Positions 54,065-64,000 of a DNA stretch of 64,000 nucleotides are shown here, piece after piece. The position numbers and the translations under genes are program-made. Source of the stretch: Octopus sinensis (taxonomy: Eukaryota); NCBI RefSeq assembly GCF_006345805.1, contig NC_042999.1, positions 58,218,001-58,282,000 on the forward strand. Direction: 5' to 3'. The notes under the pieces were generated by a model, which made no database searches, was not told where the DNA came from, and saw only the letters and a program-made list of their open reading frames with translations. The first letter of the stretch is position 1, and each line of letters starts with the position of its first letter.

Positions 54065-54290
54065 TCGAGAAGAAGAAAGAAGAAGAAGAAGAAGAAGAAG
54101 AAGAAGAAGAAGAAGAAAGAAGAAGGAGGAGAGGAGGTGAAGAAGGAGGAGGTGGAAGAAGAAGGAGGTGAAGAAGAAGGAGGTGAAGAAGAAGAAGGAG
54201 GTGAAGAAGAAGAAGAAGAAGAAGAAGAAAAAAAAAAGAAGAAAAAGAAGAAGAAGAAGAAGAAAAAGGAAAATAGAAAAAAAAAAGGGA
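54065..54290. repeat. (GAA)n/(GGA)n microsatellite
   Basis: Direct inspection. Confidence 0.95.
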
Positions 54291-56074
54291 AAATAACTGA
54301 GAGGCTATAATTTCCATTTAACTTAGCTGTAGGCATACACATCATGTAGAAGGTAACGAGAAATCCCTGTAGTGCAGTCACTGTGGTACACATTGACAAT
54401 ATCATTACAAACTATACCCGGCGGCACATATGATGCGTAATGATTCCAAATATTATTTGATTGCTGGTCGCAAAGGCATAATTAGTAATATCAGCGTAAT
54501 ATTCTAGCAAGGGAGGGGAGAAATCTGGCCGTTCACACTTAACTGAATATTTACCGCCACACTATGTGTCCACTATGTGATCAAAACATTTCATACATAA
54601 ATAAAAGGCTTTAGATTCACAGGAGACGAAAATATGAAGTTGGGAAGTTCATACCATTCCAAATATCCCCCGAAGTGCTGGCGAAGTGATACAGTTCTAG
54701 CTGAGAATTGAAATCCGAACCAAATTTGGCTCGCAGTCACAGATTATACACGTTTGCTCAACGAAACTAACCAGGTAGTTTTCAAACGGAAAACAAGAAT
54801 GTCCCTCTCAAAATATTAGTGAGATATTTACCTCTCACCTCCGTAGTAATAAGGAGACAAACTAGAATTTGCATTCATATAATTCTTCTCTCTCCGCTAT
54901 GGTGCCGGACAAGTTTAAAAAGTTAGAAAAAATTTATTGAACATGATAACTTGTTCTCCCCATTTCTATCCTTAATTCTCTCTCTCGCTTGAGAAGCACT
55001 GAGCTAACATACAATACAATACGATATAATATAATACAATATAACACAATATAATATAATATAATATAATATAATATAATATAATATATAGAATATAGTA
55101 TATTATATTATATAATATAATAATATATTTACAATATATTGCATTCGTTTCCTCTTCATTAGCTTCTCTCGTATTTCTTCATACTGCCATACACGTATAA
55201 TACCTGCAGGGGATAAAAGATAATAATGGTGATAATTTAGAAGGCAAATTCAGAACCAGACTAATGGTATCTGAGAATGTGTTAATAACAACAAATGTAG
55301 AACAAAAATTGATTTTTCTGTCAGAAATTTTCACCTGCAGCCATTAATGAGTTCAGGTCAGATGGTATAAAATATAGGAAGCCCCCCCCCCCACTCTATT
55401 TGGGAACGAGCTTAAAGTACATGTAGATGGGCAGAACAGCAGGAAGATAACTTTAATAATACATATTTCCATCGCCGCAGATAAAGAGACATGAAATTCT
55501 ATATTTTGTTTACGTTTGCTATCAACTCTATTTAGATAAGTAAGAGAGGGAAAAAAAAACAAAAGGCAAAAAACTAAAAAATCCCTTACAAAACAAATAA
55601 AATCCAGAAAAAAACCAATATCAGTGCAAAATGTTAAAAAAAAATTTTAAACACAACCAAAATGCTCTTAAAAACTTTTTAACCAACATACTGATAAATT
55701 TCAACCAAATAAAATTAGGTGTAAAGCATCGATGGAGAAATATGTATAAATCCCATTTTCTCCCCTTTCTTTTCCTTCTCGTATCTCGTTTTCTCTCTTT
55801 CTCAACCTCAAGAATCACAAAAGATGTTGTGCAATGTTTAAGTTCGCAGCTATCTTTCTTCATTGAACTTTTTACATTTCTGTTGTCAGTTCTTACATGC
55901 ACATGTGCACGAACGAAGAGTTTCATGCATATGTATATAAACATATGCCCTTTAGGTACATACAGAGATGCATACGAAAAATATGATACATACATACATA
56001 CATACTACATACATACATACATACATATATATATATATAAAATGTTTTGCGTATGCAATACACACACATACATA

Positions 56075-56913
56075 CAGGGTGCGATGGGTAAATTGTCGCT
56101 ATTTTTTGTCTAATTTCGCGCATCCATATAGTTCGTTTTTGATATTGTCGACTACACAGTATAGTAGGGTTAATTGGGCACCGTCTGTAAGAAAAACAGC
56201 ACCATGACGCAATTCTCTCTGCCAGAAATTTGGAAACGACATGTTGTACTGCTTGGCATTCGCACCGGAAGCTCCAATACAAACATTTCAGAGTGTTTGG
56301 GTGTCAATCTGAAGAGTGTGCACTCTGAGGACATTTACCGAGAGTGATAAAAATCAAACATCCAGTCAATATCACGGTGTTTGGAGTGATCACTAGTGAT
56401 GGCGACGTTATGCCTCCATTTATCTTCCCATACGGCCTCATACTCAGCAAGGAGGCATACATCAAGTGCCTGGAGGAGGTAGTACTTCCCTGAGTGAAGA
56501 GAGTGACTGTTAGAAGATCCTATATCACGCAACAGGACTCTGCACCATGCCACACATGCAGGAGAACCCAGTCATGGCTGTCAGACAATTTCTGTGACCA
56601 CATCTGGTCACCTAAGTCCCCAGACAACAACCCACTCGATTATTACGTGTAGGAGCAACAAAACCCTTAGTAACACCAAAGATGAACTGAAAGCAAAGAT
56701 TATGGCAGCATTCACCAACTTAAACAAGGAGACCGTCCAGAAGACTGGCAGGAGATTCTGAAGTCGGCTGGAGACCGTGGTTGAAGTCAAAGGCGATTTT
56801 ATTGCATAAATTTGATATTTTAATGTAATTTTGGTAAACATACCTGTTGAAATGAGACGCCAGTGTCATTTTCATTTTTGCGTAATTTAGACGACAGTTT
56901 ATTCACCACACCC

Positions 56914-56915
<2 letters not shown>
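56075..56915 (+). mobile_element. Internally deleted maT (DD37D-like) element
   Basis: TA-CAGGGTGCGATGGGTAAATTGTCG ... CGACAGTTTATTCACCACACCCTG-TA, with VFGVITSDGDVMPPFIFP, QQDSAPCH and SPDNNPLDYYV. Confidence 0.88.
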
Positions 56916-56945
<30 letters not shown>

Positions 56946-57068
56946 TAAAATATATAAGGAATGGCCATAATAGGACATTCGACTCACTAGAAAGAGCAGC
57001 CAAACTCAAACCGCTAATAGTTGTAATTCTGAAATTGAAAGAGAAATAAAAACGTTTACCCTTTCATA

Positions 57069-57159
57069 TCTGGACTATGCATAGTTTCGGCAAACTTTAG
57101 TAAACAAATTAATTAAATTAAATTAAATTTATTTACAACTGGCGTGCCTCGTCAGCAGA
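57069..57159 (-). ncRNA. Type I hammerhead ribozyme, family H2 (left arm)
   Basis: TCTG-CTGACGA-GGCA...TGCC-GAAA-CTATGCATAG-TC-CAGA on the minus strand, with all core residues canonical. Confidence 0.82.
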
Positions 57160-57472
57160 GAAGCCACGAGGCGATGGTAAGGAAGCCTCAATTCTATATG
57201 CTATAAATTTTCAAAATCTACCGCAATCGCGCGGTCTTCTCAGCAGCAAATATAAACTGCTGATTTAATTTCAAAATTAGCCAAAAAATCATTAATTAAT
57301 AAATATAAGGGTAGCAAAAAATTCTAGAAAAAATTCTCCGCTATCAGCGGTCCAGTGAGAAAGAAAAGATAGTCAAAGACTATATGATATACATTCAAAT
57401 ATATAATTTATAGCATATAGACTTGAGGCTTCCTTACCATCGCCTCGTGGATATATGTTCGTCCTTGGCTTC

Positions 57473-57563
57473 TCTGCTGACGAGGCACGCCAGTTGTAAA
57501 TAAATTTAATTCAATTTAATTAATTTGTTTACTAAAGTTTGCCGAAACTATGCATAGTCCAGA
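57473..57563 (+). ncRNA. Type I hammerhead ribozyme, family H2 (right arm)
   Basis: TCTG(57473-76) CTGACGA(57477-83) GGCA/TGCC(57484-87/57540-43) GAAA(57544-47), helix III palindrome ACTATGCATAGT, GUC cleavage after 57559, CAGA(57560-63). Confidence 0.85.
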
Positions 57564-57781
57564 TATGAAAGGGTAAACGTTTTTATTTCTCTTTCAATTT
57601 CAGAATTACAACTATTAGCGGTTTGAGTTTGGCTGCTCTTTCTAGTGAGTCGAATGTCCTATTATGGCCATTCCTTATATATTTGAATGTATATTATATA
57701 GTCTTTGACTATCTTTTCTTTCTCACTGGACCGCTGGTAGCGGAGAATTTTTTCTAGAATTTTTTGCTACCCTTATATTTA

Positions 57782-57819
<38 letters not shown>

Positions 57820-57964
57820 TATCGCATACACATTACGATACTAATAATCTGGTGTAGACCTCAGTAGAGCTCAACGCTCTAGGACGAAGCGTTAGTCGAG
57901 TACAGAGGAGTAATAGAAAGAAAGATGACAAAGGAAAGAACGATTATCTTATGAACTTCCTATA

Positions 57965-58197
57965 TTCCTTCTTCTTCTTCTTCTTCTTCTTCTTCTTCTT
58001 CTTTCTTCTCTTCTTCTTCTTCTTCTTCTTCTCTTCTTCTTCTCTTCTTCTTCTTCTCTTCTCTTCTTCTTCTTCTTCTTCTTCTTCTTCTTCTTCTTCT
58101 TCTTCTTTTCTTCTTCTTCTTCTTCTCTTCTTCTTCTTCTTCTTCTTCTTTCTTCTTCTTCTTCTCTTCTTCTTCTTCTTCTTCTTCTTCTTCTTCT
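57965..58197. repeat. (CTT)n microsatellite
   Basis: Direct inspection. Confidence 0.95.
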
Positions 58198-58344
58198 ATA
58201 TATATTCTCTTGTTCTTTTATTATTTTACTTATATCAGTCATTTAACTGCGGCCATGCTGGGGCACCGCCTTTAGTCGAATAAATCAACCCCTGGACTTA
58301 TTTTTTGGCAAGCCTAGTACATCCAGTCAACATCACAAGGCCGA

Positions 58345-58540
58345 ATGGTTAGGGCGTTGCATTTACGATCGTGAGATCGTGGTTTCAAATCCTAGACCAG
58401 TGTGGTGCGTTGTGTTCTTGACCGAAAACACTTCATTTCACGTTGCTTTGCGATCATTTCGACACTTAACGCGTGGTACTCCGTGCACCTCTTCAGGCAA
58501 CGACGATTTGATTGAGGAAGTGAGCTAATGTTAAAGCACA
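58345..58540 (+). mobile_element. SINE B-type variant
   Basis: Head similar to 6427 (GGTTTCAAATCC B box; GCGTTGTGTTCTTGA..AAAACACTTCATTTCACGTTGCT) with a different tail. Confidence 0.65.
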
Positions 58541-58983
58541 TATATATATTTTTGTGGAAGTCGTTCGGCAAAATCAGAACATTCATACATCTCTACTTCG
58601 ACGGGGGAGTCTACCATAGTTGGGAAATATAAATATTTTAAAATTCTTTATAAAGCTAACATCTATAAGTTATTTCTTCCCAAAAGTTACTATAGGGATG
58701 AAAAGAGAAAGGAAAGAAGAAAGAAGAAAGAAGAAAAGATGGAAGAAGAAAAACAAAAATATGGAAAATATTGTTAAATTTGAAGATTTTTCTTGCAATA
58801 GGCACAAGGCAATAGGTACAAGGCCTGACATTTTGGGAGAAGGGGCTGAGTAGAATACCTCGACCCTCCAGTGATTGACTGAAGTCAATGTCGGCGGAAT
58901 TTGAACTCAGATGAACGAAATGTCGATAAACATTTTATCCAACGTGCTTACGACTTAAAAACGCCTTAAAAACAACAACAACG

Positions 58984-59040
<57 letters not shown>

Positions 59041-59830
59041 GCCACAACAGAAGTTGCTGGAAAAATAGGAGGGATTGGCTGATGAAAGGAACCTTAAAAA
59101 AGAGACCGAGAGCACTATACTAGCAGCGCAGGACTAAGCTCCGGCCACGAACTGGAGAGTCAATCTGAGGAATGTGCAAGTGTCTCTGCTTTGCCGCATC
59201 TGCAATAGAGTGGATGAAACTATTGCCCATATCGCGAACGAATGCCCCGGACCTGCTCAAAACCACTATAAGTTGTGATGACATGGCCAGGTAGTGAAAA
59301 TGCTACGTTGGAAACTGCGAAAAGTGGGGGGAGGGTAGAGAGAAGCAACACGTGGTATGAGCACAAACCGCAATGAGTGTCAGAGTCGGAGACAAGCAAA
59401 ATCCTCTGGGATTTCCTAATCCGAATAGATCAGGAGCTAGAGCATAACAGACCGGACCTAGTAATGGTGACAAGGTGGACCACATATGTTATATAGTTGA
59501 TGTTGCATGCCCCTTTGACCCACGAATAGTCAAAAAGGAAGGCGAAAAGATAGATGAATACAACCCTCTTAAGTATGAAATAGCTCGGCTATGGAAAATG
59601 AAGGAGGTGAAGATTGTGCCAATTATTGTTGGGTCGTTTGGAATAGTATCAGAGGGCATCAAGGGGAATATAAAGGAAATTGGAGTAGAGTACCCAGGAG
59701 AACTGTTACAAAAGGTTTGCCGCCTTAGCACGGCCAGAATAATCAGGAAAGTATTAGCTGAAAAGAAAGAATAGCATGGTACCGTGGGCTGCAGGTAGTA
59801 AGCCTGCTCCGCATGCAAAACTCCAGGAGC
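59041..59830 (+). mobile_element. R4/Dong-like LINE 3' fragment directly after (TAA)n
   Basis: WLMKGTLKRETESTI, CRICNRVDETIAHIANEC, LWDF..HNRPD, IVDVACPFD and EKIDEY. (TAA)n lies at 58986-59040. Confidence 0.9.
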
Positions 59831-60192
59831 TCCAACAAAACCTGATAAAGAGAAAATAACAACAACAACAACAACAAAGACACAATTCCTTCAACTCAAG
59901 AAGCTACTATGGCCTTCCGTTAAACATAAGCCACACTCAACACGAATCCTTATTGTCATTACAAATGTTAAGCTTTATTGTCACCGATGTTATCTTCTAT
60001 TTCTATGAACGAACATCATATCATAGCAAAGACTACATCACAAAGATTGGCTCCCTGCTTCAGATCAGAGGCAGAAAATACTTCAACCCTTTTCCAAAAG
60101 AACTAACCCTCTATAAAACTTAGATGAACATACTAAGAACATCTGCTTCTATATCTAAGATGGAGCTGCATCTAAACAGAGATATCGTACAC

Positions 60193-60432
60193 CAGCAGAC
60201 CCCTACCTATTTTGCATCACAGACTGGCTTCAGGAAAGATAATTTTTCCACAGACCAGAGTATCACATGCATAGCAAAACACAATAAAGCACATAATATA
60301 GTCTTTCAATTATTACATATATAGTGCAAATGTAACTATTGAAATGTATATTATGTTTTATTTCTGTGCGGCCCGCTGCCAAATGATCCACGGCCCGGCG
60401 TTGGTCTGTGGTCCGGTGGTTGGGGATCCCTG
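60193..60432 (+). mobile_element. hAT (Charlie/MER1-like) MITE
   Basis: Termini CAGCAGACCCCTACC... / ...GGTTGGGGATCCCTG, with possible degenerate 8-bp TSD TCGTACAC / TCTTGCGC. Confidence 0.65.
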
Positions 60433-60550
60433 TCTTGCGCCTTATCCAAAATGACAACATGATAAGCATGGCGTCGTTCATCAATACATTGTAACATCTG
60501 ACCTACAGATGTCCTGGCTCATTTCTCTGTGTTTTCTACAGCTACTGCAG

Positions 60551-60935
60551 GGGGCGCAATGGCCCAATGGTTAGGGCAGCGGACTCGCGGTCGGAGGATC
60601 GCGGTTTCGATTCTGAGACCGGGCGTTGTGTGTGTTTATTGAGCGAAAACACCTAAAGCTCCACGATGCTCCGGCAGGGGTTGGTAGCGACCCCTGTTGT
60701 ACTCTTTCGCCCCAACTTTCACTCTTTCTTCTTGTCTCTTATCCTCGAATTCCTACGCAACCGCTGAGCCTGGATGCACATTCATCCATCCGTCGATGCT
60801 CTCGGTGTCGGGGGTTGACCTACTTTCTCTTCTGCGGGTCATACGAATAGCAAAGGACCACGTTTCGAACTTCTCTCACTACAGAAATCCGCTTCGCTAA
60901 CATCAACATCATCAACATCATCAACATCATCATCA
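60551..60935 (+). mobile_element. SINE B with a third type of 3' tail, full length
   Basis: 13-bp TSD ACAGCTACTGCAG (60538-60550 / 60936-60948) and (CATCAA)n tail. Confidence 0.9.
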
Positions 60936-62814
60936 ACAGCTACTGCAGTAACCTCTGCTCTTCGCAGCCAGCTGATATCGCATCATATCCATTCAGAGCA
61001 CTTCTGACTTTTTCGTTTCTTCTTTTCTCGCCACCCATATTGTATTCACTTTCAGGCTTCTCACTAATCCCTATACTCAAAATACTTTTCTCTCCAGAAC
61101 ATCGGCTCTCTAGAGTTCTCTGCATAAGTTTTTGTTTCAGCCGTTGATTGCAACAAATCAAGAGAATTGTAAACAGCATCAATCTCACCGCTCTCTGAGG
61201 ATCTGCGAAGGCGAAGATCACATTGTTTTTCTTTAGGCAAAAAAGGGGTGGGGTATAAAACATATATCTATGTGCCTCGATTTTCGAATAGTATTGAGAA
61301 AAAATATATACGTACGATAAAGATAGAATGATATAGAAGTAACGAGTTGGGGAAGGTAGTTGGTGGGCGGCACAGTTTTCAGTTCAAGAGATCTTTAGCT
61401 TAGATTTTTAATCAGTTGTATTCATGAAATTATAACATCATTTTTAGTTTTATGGAAATAAAAAAAAATCAATACGAATTATGGAATTATGAAAATATTT
61501 TAGATGTTTTTCAATTTTGTTTTTCTTTGATAGAAATGCAGACGACGCAAAAGTTACTTAGCTATTATACTTCCATAATCCTTGAAATATCCGCTAGGCA
61601 TGGTTAGTACCCCCCCCCCCCAGATATGTGAGTATATATATATATATGTATATATGTATATATTATGTGCGTGGGCGTGTTAACTTAATGGGTAAGATTT
61701 TAATAGAAATGACAGGGCATTGTATGTTTTCTGACATAAAATAATTAACAAGCTCCAAGAACTACAAACCTTCTGAAGGATACGAATTAGTCCCCCTACT
61801 CTTATTTTTGAGTTGTTGAGTTCGGAAGAAGGGATGGTACCAATGACCTTTGCAGATGAATGAGTTCGATGCTGCCAATGATGTTCCGTTTGAACAGTTG
61901 CAAGGCAACAGGTGTACAAAATGCATTAGTAGGGAGGAGATCGGGGGTGGGGTCGATATCTAGGGTGTAGAAGGACTTGGCCTTGTGGTTAATTCAGGAA
62001 ATGGGGAGTAATCACAAGCATGACAAACGTGAGGTCGAGAGGCGATTGGTTCGGAATGCCTGAGTGAATGGAAGACGTACAAGAAGAAACAGCTACAGAA
62101 TAGCAATAACAAAAAAAGTAAAGGAAGGGGAACAGCACGCCTATAGGCTGGAGGCTGGATTGTATCTGTGATTTAACGCCAATCAGTCGACTAGCCCTTC
62201 TCCGGACGTGGCCCAAGACGCCGTCTCAGCAACACCATCTCAGCAACACCGTCCCTCCATTGTGTATCTCACTTGAGTATTGTTGGAGGCTGAAATACCT
62301 TCTGGACCTAAAGAGAAAGGAGACCACGACACCGATTTACACAAAAGATCATTTGCCATTTTTCTCTGTAAGATTAAGCATCGTGTTAATTTTACATATA
62401 TAAACTAACTCTTTTATCCCCCATAATGTCTGACTTGTTTCACAGTTAATTCACCAGCCAGAAGAAGGTTATAATTTATAAAAAGCTGATTTGGTCTAAT
62501 AACCGAATAAAGTCCCTAGATTTTTCTTGCCTGCAGCCAACAATCACACTTCTCGTTGAACGTGTAAATTAACTCTGAGTGATTTATTGTTTTTTCTTAG
62601 AATTACTTCCCCTTTGTATGAGAGCTTTTATTTTCTTTATCCAGTCAAAAGGGAAATGTTAATTAGTTAAAAATTTATTCCGTACGGCGTTCAGTATATC
62701 ACTCCTTAAATTAATTGTTATACTATCGTCTGTCACTGAGATATCACATTCTGGTTCGACCTTTATGCTGAGAATTAATCTTTAGAATACGATGAATCAT
62801 TTATTATATTATAT

Positions 62815-62898
<84 letters not shown>

Positions 62899-63036
62899 GT
62901 GTGTGTGTGTGTATGTATATATATATATATATATAATATATGTATATATATATATATAGAGAGAGAGAGAGAATGATTCAAATAAACAGATGAACAGATT
63001 ATCTCGATGTCGTATGTGTGTGTATGTATATATAGT

Positions 63037-63093
<57 letters not shown>

Positions 63094-63459
63094 GTATATG
63101 TGTGTATGCATGTGTTTATATATATGTATATATATGAGTGTGTGTATGCGTGAGTGTATGTATGTATGCGTATTATACACACACACACACACTCACACAC
63201 ATATATACTCATGCTCAGACATACAAGGTACTATTTGCAACGTTTGCACGACAAATTACTAATTACAATATTGACGATATTTTCCCTTTTTTCTCCCTTT
63301 CAGATATACATACATGATGATCGCTTCAGCTTGACAGATGATAACCATTTCAATTAATCTACTTCATCCCGATAATCTCCATTAGCCTATGTGCTCTGAA
63401 AAAAAAAAACTCTCAAAAGAACCCACAGAATTTTAATAGAGAGGAAAAATGCACCAGAC

Positions 63460-63861
63460 AGAGTGAATCATCTGTACGTCACTGGATTAAAGTGATATAT
63501 GCATGTACATGTATCCGACCCTCTAAGTATCAATAACTGGAATCCCGTGACAGCTATTGCAAGATGACTGACAGCTCCATCAACTGGTTTGATTTCAGAG
63601 TGCTTTCTCTCAGACTTTTTCTAAGCAAAGTTTACGTAGAAGTTGGCAGGAATTTGCAAGAAACATATTCACACATAAATGGATGGCCGTAGACACTCAT
63701 GAGTTCGTTCGCCCTTTAATGACTCTTATTTTTTATCCTGCAGGGTGTCCAGAAATCATATTCCTCACCAAGCCAGTTTGGTGGGGTTGCTGGCTTAGTC
63801 TTCGACGACGTGACTATACAAGTGTTAGGTTACATGTTACAAGTAGCACACAGAAGTGACC
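63460..63861 (-). mobile_element. RTE-type 5' UTR fragment, second copy
   Basis: Minus strand begins GGTCACTT...GTAACATGTAACC...GCAACCCCACCAA, as at 51321, and includes GAGAAAGCACTCTGAAATCAAACC. Preceded by (TATG)n. Confidence 0.6.
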
Positions 63862-63886
63862 TGACAAACAAACATACATACAAACA

Positions 63887-63919
<33 letters not shown>

Positions 63920-64000
63920 TTATTTATTGCCCACAAGGGGCTAAACATAGAGGGGACAAACAAGAACAGACAAAGGGATGAAGTCGATTACATCGACCCC
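63920..64000 (-). mobile_element. SINE A 3' end, cut by the window edge
   Basis: Reverse complement of the family tail. Confidence 0.85.

Larger units (their letters stand above)
56951..57786. mobile_element. Head-to-head Penelope-pLTR / retrozyme-like element, ~450-nt circularly permuted unit
   Basis: 56951-57209 is the reverse complement of 57405-57681, and 57295-57405 is the reverse complement of 57676-57786. Flanked by (TA)n. Confidence 0.75.

Noticed and set aside
63743-63830. Apparent exon after TCCTGCAG (GVQKSYSSPSQFGG...)
   Set aside because: It is the antisense of the RTE-type 5' UTR homologous to 51321-51480.

Overview
Eukaryotic, AT-rich, repeat-saturated DNA with no confidently identifiable intact host gene. 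The SINE set and microsatellite load suggest an octopus genome (inference). Almost every ORF in the supplied track is a microsatellite translation or a transposon relic. Recognisable elements are: two DD37D (maT-type) Tc1/mariner elements and three mariner relics; a hAT/Charlie-like MITE; a non-autonomous Helitron family that captured the 5' end of a LINE ORF1; RTE, Tx1/L1, CR1-like and R4/Dong-like LINE fragments; three SINE families; a 50-60 bp minisatellite; and a 100-N gap. The most striking unexplained signal is a set of type I hammerhead-ribozyme motifs with palindromic helix III from at least four or five sequence families. They lie in short non-coding, tandem or fold-back elements. Two of these families share a ~445-nt circularly permuted unit and two short flanking motifs. 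This fits Penelope-associated pLTR or retrozyme-like (circular RNA) mobile elements, and no autonomous Penelope ORF was seen in the window. All coordinates were read by eye; element boundaries are approximate unless TIRs or TSDs are quoted.
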